Assembly: GCA_032718475.1 (NCBI GenBank)
Contig: JAUCBJ010006477.1
Location: forward strand, 1 to 33,576
Direction of reading: 5' to 3'
Origin: Nemertoderma westbladi
Lineage: Eukaryota; Animalia; Xenacoelomorpha
Length of the DNA stretch: 33,576 bases
Shown here piece by piece: positions 1 through 12,219 of this stretch. A program made the position numbers and the translations under genes. Position 1 is the first letter of the stretch, and each line of letters opens with the position of its first letter. The notes below the pieces were generated by a model, which worked only from the letters and a program-made list of their open reading frames with translations, was not told the DNA's origin and made no database searches.

Positions 1-288
1 GATTAACTAATGTAGTTACTTGTTTACATGTTATATGTAGACATGTAAGTGCCACAAACGAAGTATTGACTATTGAATGATATAAAATGTTCAAAATATA
101 TCGCCCCACCTGTCGAACTGCTGAATAATATATCTAGTAACATAAATTGTATCTTTCAGAACAGACAAAGCCCGTTTGAGATAAATATAAAAAAGGTTAG
201 TTACAAAGTATTGATAATCATATCCAATATGTCTGTTCCTTAAAAAAGGCCTTAAACTCTATGGTCTATCCTGAGACAGGGTGGGAAA

Positions 289-462
289 CTGGACGCAAAT
301 CCCATCTTGGCGAATTAATATCCCGCCTCAATGTTAAATTCTCAATTTAGGGAAAGGAGCAGGTTACAGTGGCACGTTATTTTAACCAAAACAATAAACT
401 AAACACAATGGAACAGGTTACAGTTTTATTTTTGAGAGTAATGGAGCTGTTATTTGCGTCGA
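289..462 (+). repeat. Block A copy 1, homologous to 26842-27073
   Basis: cgcaaatcccatcttggcgaattaatatcccgcctcaatgttaaattctc...gtggcacg...aaccaaaacaataaactaaa...aacaggttacagtttt...gctgttatttgcgt recurs with substitutions and indels at 26842-27073. Confidence 0.85.
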
Positions 463-1480
463 ATTTCCCCTGGAGAGGGATGACTTTTTATTGCGTCGAA
501 AGTACCCCCTTATCTGTCTATCCTACACTTAAGTTGTCCTCAACAGTATTACTTCTCCCACAGAAGAACGGTTTATGGTTTATAAAAACCTACCTATATA
601 TCAATCCTTTTACAGCCATTTCGAGCAATCATATAATTTTCTTTGTATCTAACACAAACACACCTCGGTGTCAGACAACTGTGTGCAAACTTAAAATTAT
701 AGATCTTATCCTCCAAGTACTACATAGGGAACCCTTAATTATGAATGAGTTAATGCTTACTCAAATATATTAATTAAACGTAAACTTGAACTTCGGTGTG
801 TGAATGTGATATTTTTTAGCCGTGAAATATTGTCCAATATTGGTTAAAACTTAAAAATAAAAAGGTTTACTTAAAAATAAATTTAATTATACATATGTAA
901 TTTCTTATAGGTCACATTTAAACAGAATTCTAGTGAATTCTCTATTATAATGTGAGTGGTTTAGGGATAACAGGTTTGTACATTTCAGTATGCAATAAAA
1001 ATTAACTTATAGTATAGTGTGGTCGGTGGTAAAGTGAAATATTAAAGAGGTGAAATTGTTGGAAAAGTGACAAAAATGCCAAATTTATCTGAGTGTAGAT
1101 ACTATACTGTAATGCCATAAAAACTAAAGTAAACAGTGTGTTAAAAAATAAAAATTTGTATAACTATAATTTTGTAAAAACACTAGCTACTAACGAAAAC
1201 ACCAGTGTCTGCCAGGTGAACTCCAAAACGGAACTCAATATCCAATATTGGTTTATGTAATTAAGCCGCTCTCTCATTGTGACGAATATTCGAGAACATT
1301 AAATTATTTAACATTGAATAAGGCAGCATCAGGAGTTGAAGAGTATAATAATTTGAATCGCAGTAACCATGGATGTATAGTAAAATAATCCAGCTTAATT
1401 GATTTTCTAACACTATATCGTTCTATCTTATATTAAAGAATTGAACATCAAAAGAGTTCAAATTTAAAAATAAAATTACC

Positions 1481-1534
1481 TATTACATGGGAAAAAACGT
1501 AGAATAAAGTTCTACATTTTTTTCCCAAGTAATA
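1481..1534. repeat. Short imperfect hairpin
   Basis: tattacatgggaaaaaacgtagaa-taaag-ttctacatttttttcccaagtaata. Confidence 0.6.
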
Positions 1535-1609
1535 AATAATTATTACGCCATTACCATTAACCAAGTAACATATTTAAGTATCTTGTTTTCAAATTTTTAT
1601 CGTGGAGAT

Positions 1610-2478
1610 CAGGGGCGTACTGGCCTGTTGTGCAACCGGGGGGGCAAATGCCCGGTGGACTGGCCTGTTGTGGCCTGTTCTGCACTAACAAAGTATTAGT
1701 ATGTAGTAGGCAAGATATGAGTTTCCGGAATTTCCCCAAATATAATACTAGGCAATCTTAAATGAGTGAAAATTATAAGTCAACTGTCAAGTCATATTGT
1801 CGGTAGCATCGATACACCACTCACAATAATAATGACCGTATCAACATTAGCTAACCTATATGCACTGAGCACGGAAAACGTATTACCCTGAATAAATAGT
1901 TTTGAGGTACCGGCACACAATTTGAAATGCATCAGTACGAAGTGCACTGCGCTGGTACAAAATGCACTAATTTACCTGTGCAATATACACTGCACCGATA
2001 TCAAGTGCAATGCATTTTTACAAATTGCACTCACCAGTATAACGTGCACTGCGCCGGTATGGAGTGCGATGCCATGCGAAATGTACTAATTCTCCGATGC
2101 AATGTGTACTGCACCCGGCACCGGAATGAAGTGCACTACACTGGTTCAAAGTGAACCGCGCAGGTACGAAGTGCACTAATTCACTGGTGCAATGCGCACT
2201 GCAACAGTTTGAAGTGAACGGCACTGGGTCAAAGTGCACCACACCAGTGCGAAGTGCACTACACCGGTACGAAGTGCACTAATTCACCGGTGCAATGTGC
2301 AATGCACGAGTATGAAATGTACTGCACTGTTTCAATGTGCACTGCATCAGTCCGAAGTGCACTGCAGCGATATGAAGTGCACTGCACTTGTTCAACACAA
2401 TTTCATTTTCACCTGGGCTGGCCTGGTCTGGCCTGGTGTCCTGTAGTTTGCCCCGCCTGGTTTTTTTTCCCAGTACTT
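1610..2478. mobile_element. Non-autonomous hAT-like DNA element (MITE) with internal satellite; right end truncated
   Basis: Begins CAGGGGCGTACTGG and ends ...cccagtac (partial reverse complement of the start). ctggcctg motifs lie near both ends. It interrupts the homology with 28262 exactly at gagat. No TSD seen. Confidence 0.5.
1925..2390. repeat. Degenerate ~20-bp tandem repeat built on GTGCAC (e.g. gaagtgcactgcaccggtac)
   Basis: Repeated aagtgcact / aatgcact / ccggtacgaa units. The short Cys/His-rich ORFs here are by-products of the repeat. Confidence 0.8.
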
Positions 2479-2511
2479 ATTTAACTGGTAATAATTTTAT
2501 CGACCCCAGTG

Positions 2512-3340
2512 TGTCACGGTAGCCGGCTAGGTCTTAGTGGTCAGGCGGCCGGGTACCCAGCGGGGTGGTACTGGGTTGGGGTCTGTTTTAACTGGTTCTG
2601 TAGGGAACGGGTGTTCCTGACCTGGACGTTGTGGAAAACTAGCTTCTTGTCTTTGTATAATATAATATAACATAAGTAGTAAACCGTTACGAGTAATAGC
2701 ACACGGTCTGAGCCCGGTGTGATAGCACAAAGTCTGGGTCAATGATGAAACACTCACTGTCTGTAAGATACCTTAATACAAAACCGTTAAACTAAAGCGG
2801 CCTCTCGGGGGTTTGAGATTCCTGAATACTGAAGCATAAATGGTAGTTACAGTAGTGGTGTGGTATTACCTAACGACAGATTGAGAGAAGGCTAATAGAT
2901 TCTGCCCTGACATATGGGGTGCCAGGGCAGCTGTTATGCTATTGGCTGGTGCCATTTGATTAATCGGTTGTTTGCCTTAATTAATCTCCCTCTCACTTTA
3001 TCTTGGTGGCGACATAATGTTAGGATGTCGTCACCTTGTAGGCATATAGTTACAATGCACTGTACCAATAAATATACTAAACAATAGCTCAACACTAATA
3101 TATGGTAGATAGCGCGGTCATGTGACATGCAATTTGGTTCTATTGGCAAGGATCCGTACTTGTAAGTTGACCTTTGGGGTCCTTACAAGCCGGGGTGTTA
3201 ATTGTTTCCCATTTTGGTTAATAACTGATTGTGGTGACATATGGATTTTCTGGATGACGGAGTGTCTCAGTAATCGTTTCCGTGATGAAAGTGGATGAAA
3301 GGCTGAGTGGACCGAGGCGGGGCTGAACCTACAACCAATA
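2512..3340. mobile_element. GC-richer insertion, possibly a solo LTR or other TE remnant
   Basis: Starts TGTCAC, with GTGACA candidates ending at 3127 and 3239. Absent from the homologous region near 28.3 kb. No matching TSD found. Confidence 0.25.
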
Positions 3341-4925
3341 GATTGCAACCCCAGGGCTCAACCAACTGAGCCCTAAATCGCCCTTTATGCCCCAAATCCG
3401 ACATGACTCTTTATGAATCAATCTCTATAATACGCAACATAAAAAGTACAATAGTAGTAATTAAAAATAAATTTAAGTTCAGTTCAGTAGTTCATCACCT
3501 GTTATTTTCTTCAAAGAGCCTCGCAAATTGTAATTGCAATCGCTACCAGCGTAACAAATTACTCAGATGTAAATTTTCGGGGTATGCCACATCCTGTACC
3601 TTCAGACTGAAGGAAAGACAGTCGTCTAACAATTCATTGATTAAATTAAAAATTGGGAGACTCAGTAAGAATGGGAATCCAACACTTATTCACACTTTTG
3701 AAATGATTCAAAAATTCAATAATGCAGAAGAAGTCGTACAGTAATCCAGTGTTTCTGTATAATGAGATACAATGATTTGAAAGAAAGCGCCTTTAAAATA
3801 TTCCAAGAGGACAGGCACGCCTCTAAAATTAGAATAAAAAATAATATTGACTGGTGGATGACAGCTTACTGCTGAAAGGATTAGATTAGTTTTATTTGTT
3901 TTCCCGCTCTGTTAAATCGCTGAAACGATCTCCGCCAATATCGCAGATATCGGCTGAGACCTTTCCTGGAGGCCTAGACGCTAGACCCCGCAGTATATAT
4001 GCTTTGGGCCTACGACTATGTTCATAAATTGGAATGTCCAAAACATACTTTCATTTGAGAGCGACCATAGCGTATGTCCACTTGAAGGTGCAGGACATAT
4101 TTACCCTAGGTCTAATGTATGCATGCCTTCCTCACAATACACCAACTGTTTGTTTTGCTGCAGAAAGGCATCACTCGAGTTATACGAGGTGATGAGTTTA
4201 GTGCAACATATTTTTATCAGTTATATAATCATTTAAATGTATTTAACCAATTACTGTGAAGTTGGGCAGATAAAGTAAATTAGGACCAGAATCAGTGATA
4301 TGCTGACAGCTGAGGATTCCCTAATCTTAATCATATTGTTTAGAACCATGCTATACTACAATTACGGCTCTTTTTTTGGAAAATTTATTAAATGCTTGCT
4401 TGCAGAAATATGAGCACATTTAATGCCCACATATTATAAGAATGTTTTGAGATGTAGTGATGTGAGATTTGATGTGTGTAGGTGGTACCCGTTCATGTAA
4501 TGCGCTGAAAACAATGAAGTAGGATAATGAACTGTAGTTGTAACTAACCAGACTGCAGGTGTTTTTAAAAATATCCAAAGGAAGTGATTTGATTAGGAAC
4601 ACAAATTGAACTGAAAACCCACCTACCATGCCATTCCCAGTCCCCAGGCTATACTAAATGCAATTAAGCCCAAAGCTCCCTGCATTTTTAAGAAATCAAC
4701 TAGCATTAAAGGCTGACAGATAAAACTATCTCGATTAGCACTTTACCTTGGGAATCATGCAATTCCATTAACCCTGCCATTTAGTTGCACAAATGTACAG
4801 CAAGATCTAAAAAATGTAGCCCCTGGAGTCCATCAAATAAGTAGCTTGATAAAATATCTATGGTAATGGCTACACGAAATTACCTAAATTTATTTGAAAA
4901 ACAACTGTTGGAAACAAGGTGCATG

Positions 4926-6528
4926 GGAAACAGGGTGGAAAGATTTACTGTGGAGATCACACATGGTGGTGAATAGGCATTCCTTTAGGAAACAGAGTGG
5001 AAGGGTTTACTGTGGAAGATCGCCCATGGTGGTGAACAGGCATTCCTTTAGTAAACAGAGTGGAAGGGTTTACTGTGGAGCGAGATCACACATGGTGGTG
5101 AACAGGCATTTTTTTAGGAAACAGAGTGCTGAAGGGTTTACTGTGGAGATCAGGCATGGTGGTGAACAGGCATTCCTTTAGGAAATAGGGTGGACAGGTT
5201 TACTGTGGAAGATCACCCATGGTGGTGAACAGGCATTCCTTTAGTAAACAGAGTGGAATGGTTTACTGTGGGAGATCATCCATGGTGGTGAACAGGCATT
5301 CCTTTAGGAAACAGAGTGGAAGGGTTTACTGTGGAAGATCAACCAGGTGGTGAACAGGTATTCCTTTAGGAAACAGAGTGGAAGGGTTTACTGTGGGAGA
5401 TCGCCCATGGTGGTGAACAGGCATTCCTTTAGGAAACAGAGTGGAAGGGTTTACTGTGGGAGATCGCCCATGGTGGTGAACAGGCATTCCTTTAGTCAAC
5501 AGATTGGAAGGGTTTACTGTGGGAGATCATCCATGGTGGTGAACAGGTATTCCTTTAGGAAACAGAGTGGAAGGGTTTACTGTGGGAGATCGCCCATGGT
5601 GGTGAACAGGCATTCCTTTAGTAAACAGACTGGAAGGGTTTACTGTGGGAGATCATCCATGGTGGTGAACAGGCATTCCTTTAGGAAACAGAGTGGAAGG
5701 GTTTACTGTGGAAGATCACCCATGGTGGTGGACAGGCATTCCTTTAGGAAACAGAGTGGAAGGGTTTAATGTGGAAGATCATCCATGGTGGTGAACAGGT
5801 ATTCCTTTAGGAAACAGAGTGGAAGGGTTTACTGTGGGAGATCGCCCATGGTGGTGAACAGGCATTCCTTTAGTAAACAGACTGGAAGGGTTTACTGTGG
5901 GAGATCATCCATGGTGGTGAACAGGTATTCCTTTAGGAAACAGAGTGGAAGGGTTTACTGTGGGAGATCGCCCATGGTGGTGAACAGGCATTCCTTTAGG
6001 AAACAGAGTGGAAGGGTTTACTGTGGGAGATCGCCCATGGTGGTGAACAGGCATTCCTTTAGTCAACAGATTGGAAGGGTTTACTGTGGGAGATCATCCA
6101 TGGTGGTGAACAGGTATTCCTTTAGGAAACAGAGTGGAAGGGTTTACTGTGGGAGATCGCCCATGGTGGTGAACAGGCATTCCTTTAGTAAACAGACTGG
6201 AAGGGTTTACTGTGGGAGATCATCCATGGTGGTGAACAGGCATTCCTTTAGGAAACAGAGTGGAAGGGTTTACTGTGGAAGATCACCCATGGTGGTGGAC
6301 AGGCATTCCTTTAGGAAACAGAGTGGAAGGGTTTAATGTGGAAGATCATCCATGGTGGTGAACAGGTATTCCTTTAGGAAACAGAGTGGAAGGGTTTACT
6401 GTGGGAGATCGCCCATGGTGGTGAACAGGCATTCCTTTAGTAAACAGACTGGAAGTGTTTACTGTGGGAGATCATCCATGGTGGTGAACAGGCATTCCTT
6501 TAGGAAACAGAGTGGAAGGGTTTACTGT
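4926..6528. repeat. 63-bp minisatellite, ~25 copies, with 567-bp (9-mer) higher-order repeat
   Basis: Unit ccatggtggtgaacaggcattcctttaggaaacagagtggaagggtttactgtgggagatcgc. Rare variants agtcaacagattgg (5494, 6061) and gtttaatgtg (5764, 6331) recur 567 bp apart. Confidence 0.95.
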
Positions 6529-7012
6529 CAAGCCTTATTTTGAATGTTCTTTATGTCGTAGGCCTAATTAGCTAAATTATAATATAAATAAATATCTTGC
6601 AATCATTAATAATATGAGTAACTTAGTCATTAAATTGTTTAATTATCCTTTAACCTACGAATAAAAACGGAATGAGATTTAAATTTATTGTGCAGAAAAT
6701 GTAACTCCAAATAATAAATATCATTCAAATACCACCATTTATCATCGACATACTGAAATAAAAGAAAAGATTCACATGCAGATCATATATGCTCACTAAA
6801 TGATAAGAAAGCGATTGCCAAACATTTCTAGCTCGTTAGAATTTATAAGAACAATAATACTTGCACTGAATTTTTGTTGAATTGATGTAGATAAAATAAT
6901 ATAATCTGCTACTTTTAAAACTGGTGATCCAATGGAGATTCTAAAATATAATTGGGTTTAGCTTAGGCCCGGAGCTTCCCCTAGCAAGTGATACCATTCA
7001 GGTAATACTAAC

Positions 7013-7199
7013 CTTTGCTTATTCCGACCATAATGCGAGTGTAACAATAAACCATTATAATTAGGGGGACTACAAAGTAGATGGCTATCAGTACAAGGTT
7101 GTATATTTGTAGATCCCTCGCTGTTATTCCGCTCGTCATTGTGGTGCATTGTACCCATGAAGGGTCACAAGGATGGCTCGCCAACTGATATATCACCAG
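7013..7199 (-). CDS. Same GPCR, coding exon 2 (ECL2, TM5, start of ICL3)
   Basis: Acceptor ttatttgttAG|CTG at 7200/7199 gives LVIYQLASHPCDPSWVQCTT...YNLVLIAIYFVVPLIIMVYCYTRIMVGISK. Donor AAAG|GTTAGT at 7013/7012 is phase 1; exon is 187 bp. SIPQ|LVIY...HP...QCT and F-x-x-P-L-x-I-M-x-x-C-Y match the GnRH/AKH receptor family, and the intron after TM4 PQ is the family's known position. Confidence 0.9.
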
Positions 7200-8392
7200 C
7201 TAACAAATAAACACAAAAATGATATGTTAATTAATGTTGTTCATGGATCGAATAGTGACAAATATATAAATTTGCAAATTCTTAAATTTACTTCTCTGTT
7301 AGAAATCGTTTATGTTTGTTATCTCAATTACTAAATCCTTGGATAAGTTGGTTGTGACCTTCGAATTCTTAATAAATAAATCGGGGCCCAAACATTTGTT
7401 TTCGCATGAACTAATGCGAAAAATGGATATTTCGCACAAATCGAAGGAAAAAATATTTCGGGGTCAATTTAGGGTCACGTTTCAATTCAATTATGTCCTT
7501 TTTGCATTTCAACCTTCGATTCTACTTTGATATCCACCGAAATTTCTAGAATATTTGATGAAAATTATTTTTTTCCATAATCACCTGTAAATCGAAAAAC
7601 TTTTAATTTAGTTAATTCTAAGTCTTCGAATATCAGGTATTTTATCTTGATAACGAATATCGAGTCTGTTTTCCATTTCGACAAACCTGACTGGTTTTAT
7701 TGGTCACCAAAGTTCTAGAATAATAATAGATTTTTAATTTTTTTTGTCAAAAACTAAGAATTGGATTCGCTTCAGAATTTGCCATATTCGTGAACAGCAT
7801 CTCAGAAAATCTCTAATGTCATAAAATCAGTTTCATTATCAATTTTGTGCTAATTGTAGTTTTTATGCCGCATATTGACACATATCCAAAAATGCCGGTA
7901 CACACAAGTACGATATACATATTTCAGTGTCATATTCTTAATCAACATCCCAATAAACGCATACGGTTTTAAAATCAATTTGATTTCGTGGTGATTTTTC
8001 ATTATCATACTTGCATAGTTTGTTTTTTTCGTACCGCAATAGTCACTTTAAATTACTAAAAATTTTGTCGTATATTAACCGTTAGTTATATAGTTCTATA
8101 ATCGCGATCAACATCCGAAAACCCGATATATACTGCAAATAAATTTATTTTAGTGAGCCATAAAAACTGTTGAAAATTTTAGCACAAAAAATAGAGTTGG
8201 TTTGGAGTTGGGTGCCAGAAAGGGACCACAGCACGAAAAATAACAAAGCCATGTAGATGGCGTTTGCTCTGTTGGATAGCCCATTAAATTTTAGGAAAAG
8301 TTACGAAATATCGGTTTTCCCAATAAACCTGACTCAAAGTTACAGATAAATTACAAACAAATTTCTAAAATTACCCCCCCCCCCCCTCCCAC

Positions 8393-8409
8393 GGGCCAAA
8401 TAGGGTTAA
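8393..8409 (+). mobile_element. piggyBac-type MITE right end (ggccaaataggg-TTAA); body probably extends upstream towards ~7.4 kb
   Basis: GGG terminus followed by TTAA. A near-identical end, ggccagataggg-TTAA, is at 31046-31061. Left end not found. Confidence 0.5.
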
Positions 8410-10084
8410 ATGTGGGCCAATGTGTATTTTTCATCACTATAGATGACTACGATTAGAAAAAGAAGCACTTTCAGGTGGGTGGGCCACATCTTATATTATT
8501 TCCTAACACAATGAAACCTACAATCCACCACTACTACTTGTTTCAATCGTACATTTTCAAAGCGGCATAACTGCAGTAATTAATACAATACTATGCGCGA
8601 TGTTTGGATGGGGAAAATGTGGCTACTCTCTGTTTCGCTGGCGCTCATCCTCTTTCCCACTTAGAAATTTAACATCACACATTCACATATACGCCTTGAC
8701 TTGGGTGTGTGCTTAGTATCTTTATTGTATAATAATTAAATATTTCTATATAATTCATAATTTCATGTCGTACCTGCAATTGCACAAAGTACAACACAGA
8801 ACTGCATAACAGAAAAAGCATAAACGAAAAAGATAATAATAAAATATACTGATAGGACCTGTTTGTTCATAAATTGCGCCGAAATTTAATCAACTTGAAG
8901 GGCTCTATGCCTCTGCTTTTCCATCAGCAGTCAACAATAAAATGGTTAATTGGTAAGATAATGGATCTGTGCCTACAACATGCTGTACATTATATTGTAA
9001 TAAGTGGATATTTCTTTCAGATTGTGCTGTAAAATCCATTAAAAAGATCGAAATTATCACAACATATGGTGTTTCACTTTCCTTCCGGCCATAAATCGAT
9101 AATAATATGGGTTCCCCTCCCAATGAATAAGCATTACATTCCGTCCCATTGTCAATCCAATTACGGTGTATTATTTTCTTATACATAATTTATTGATTTT
9201 TATTAGTCAAAAAAATAATAAGGGAGGAGCGTGAATGAATGATGGAACCATGAGAGAGAAGAATAAAAATGATATCAACCAAACAATCAACACGTCTAAC
9301 TTACTATAATTCAAGAAGATATGCTGATTTAGAGTACCGCTTTGTAACATTAGATTGTGAATTCTATTAATTTTCCCTAATGCGATTGTACTTGGAGGAC
9401 AAGGTATAAATAATCATCAATCTAGAAATTGGCTGGCACCTCTCACACATTGCCCACAGTAACAGTGTTGGAACCAACTTGTGTGGGGGATAATGTATAA
9501 TGTATATGAAGTTATAATTCAATAATAATAAAATCAAACAATCTATGATTTTTGTACATTTGTCGCACCACTAGGATGTATGAGCGGCCAGCCACATTGA
9601 TAAATCCATCACTACCCTGCAAACCCACCGCTTACAGCAAGATGGTCAGGTCACACCTTTTAACGAGGTTGTCAAGATGATCTGATGTTAAAATATTACA
9701 CTCTTCTTAATAAATTTATTTGCGTTTAATTCAAAAAGTTAGTACCTCACACAGTCCAAATAATACGCGACCTCCATCTTTTTATCCTACTTCTCTCTCT
9801 CCATCATAGACGTGAAGTGGTTGGAATAATTAATTATATTTTTTATAGATAAGCGCTTTATATATATATTATATTATACTATATTTACTCTTATCTATTA
9901 AATCCCATTGCCCATTATTCCCAAGTTTGGGAAGCAACTCCCAGCTTTCCTCCCCATAGCAGGCGTTAATTCGGATTAATTCTACGCAGGAATTCCTTGA
10001 ATATGATAAAGTTATAAGATCATAATTAGGATTGTTCAATAATCTTATTTAATTATAATAAATAATTAAGTAAATAGGCATCCA

Positions 10085-10405
10085 CGTCAAAAATCCTCGC
10101 TGCAGTGGACCGCCCATCAACCGCCGACATATCCCTGGCCAATCTGACTTGCCGACGGCGCCGCGTTGCCGCGCAATACTTATCAAATGGCTTTCACCAT
10201 CGTCTCTGCGCCACCTCAAAGTGCGGGAGACCAGATAGCCCGTGCGTTTGCCGCTTATCCACCGCCAATTGTCATGCACTACTGTGCCCACAAATCCAAG
10301 AGCACAACAGTACCCTTGCCCTTGCATTTTATTTAGAAGCCCTACCCAACTGACTGATCACTACTACCCATTAAGAAAATTTCTATTATTTTATTCTATT
10401 TTATT
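10085..10405 (+). mobile_element. Possible 3' fragment of a non-LTR retrotransposon (ORF2 C-terminal Cys/His region)
   Basis: GC-rich island translating to LTCRRRRVAAQYL...CVC...HALLCP, then a stop and a (tattt/tattc)-like tail. Resembles LINE C-terminal C-x-C...H-x-x-x-CP motifs; family uncertain. Confidence 0.3.
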
Positions 10406-12219
10406 ACAATTTTAATTTGTGCCAACAATTCCCTCCACTAGACCTATTTTGTGTAATTAAATTAAATTTATCAATATTATGCCCGTTGGGTAATAAACAA
10501 GTCATCAACGATCATTTAATAATAATTTGTCTTTGTTGGTAATTACGTTTGAGAGAGGCCGCTATTTCCTGTTGAAAGCTAATCAGCTCATGAATAATCG
10601 ACTATTAATGATCAACTTCAAACGAACTTTTTTTAATAATGGTTACGTTTTCTATGCTATTATTCCGTATACTCTATATTACCGTAAGGGTTGATATAAT
10701 TAACCTTTTTTGAAATAATGATTTGGTGACCTGGTTAATTGTATTAGTACAAAATTCTGTAATAACATCAGTACAAGTTTGCGTCTTGTAAATCGTAATC
10801 ATGATAATTGGATTCCATATGTTGCGATTCGTAAGCAAACACCATTATAATACAATTCAGTTGAATGAGCATATGCAGCTACTGTTGTAATATTAATTGT
10901 GGTGGTGTTAAGTAACATATTACATGTAACTCAAATTCCTAGTGGAACATAACAAAGGATTTATTTCCTCTCCAAATTCCCAAGAGAATTGTTTGTTAAT
11001 AAATATTTAATTTCTTTGAAAAAATAAAAAGGAAATTTATTTCAGGCATTACTTCAATAAATAATTTATTATAAAATAGATGAAAAGAATTCCAATTGCA
11101 GTTTGCAAGACACAAACATTAGCTTTGTTCCTGCACTGCATGCTAATATTCAAAGCGGATTAATCTTTATTTATCAAGAATAGTTTGCTGCTGTCATTCA
11201 TTGACGACCCAGCGAGGCTCCTACTAAATCATTAAAGACACCTTTTAATGCTTCTATAAGCTTCAGTAGATATAATTGTGGTTGGTTAACCCGCGGAGTT
11301 TTATAATAGCAGATGATAAACCGTTCAAAGCAAGTAAGAATTTTAAATTTCCCCCAAGCTTAGTTGGTATCAAATTGGGCCATTAGGTTGTTCCAAGACT
11401 GGAGCACACCACAATGCACTAAATACATGATACTGACAATTTTATGACATAAAGCAGGAAATAGGTCTAAATGCTGCAGTTATTCCAATTTTTAACGGTT
11501 ATTTTTTAATGTAAAACGCTAACTTGTTAAAAGGTAATTTATTTAGGCCAAAGGATGTAGATAGACATTGGATACTAATTGATATAATAATGATTCAAAT
11601 GCTAATGGATTAAGGTACGATATTCTAAGGAAAATTGGCTTAAGACAAGCCAACTATAATATACATAGTTAGTTAGTATAAAATTTATCAACCACTTTCT
11701 TGTTGTAAGTTAGCCACCCCTATGATGCATAGGATATTGACGACATGATCAATAGATTCTTGAACTTGTTTTTTGCAAACAAATGGCATTGCAGTATTTG
11801 CCGCACAAAATTTAACAAATTTTTTGACATTCTAGCGTCCTCCTCTAAATATGGCGCTAAATATAGTACCAGCGTCATAGCACTCGGCCACGGAGCCATT
11901 GGCAGGAAGCCAGCCCATTACGTCAGCAGGGCAATCAAGATTTCACAAACAGTACCGGTACAGTGATTTAAAAAAAATTCAAGGTGAGGTACTGGCTCCT
12001 GAATATTATTCTACGATCAAGTAATTCTGCGTCGAATGATAAAAATTTACCCATATTGTATTTTCTTCCCGGTGAAAACCTAATTCGACCAGACTACTTT
12101 TTCAAAAGATCAAATGGTAGGGTGGACTATACACAGAACAAATCACTTTAATTTGCTTTTCACCGGTGCCTGTTATGGGCTATTTGTTTTGTCTGTAATA
12201 AATTATTAAATAAAATAAT

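Noticed and set aside
594-648. Minus-strand segment bounded by ttAG and GTAGGT as GPCR exon 3
   Set aside because: Stop codons in all three frames and no receptor motifs.
369-773. 134-aa ORF and other short ORFs in AT-rich DNA (e.g. 3403-3744, 22678-22962, 31163-31447)
   Set aside because: No domains, compositionally biased, often overlapping repeats; consistent with chance ORFs.
3565-3700. Second hammerhead-like motif on the minus strand (CUGAAGG...CCGAAA) after a WIPIL peptide reminiscent of PLE C-termini
   Set aside because: The core has G at A9, and stems I and II do not pair convincingly. At best a decayed PLE end.
4894-6543. ORFs of repeated MVVNRHSFRKQSGRVYCGRSP as a protein gene, or the array as CRISPR
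   Set aside because: These are translations of a 63-bp minisatellite with stops and frameshifts. There are no unique spacers, no cas genes, and the context is eukaryotic.
6940-6965. LNPIIF on the minus strand resembling TM7 NPxxY
   Set aside because: Only ~50 nt from the exon 2 donor, no TM6 or hydrophobic helix before it, and an immediate stop.
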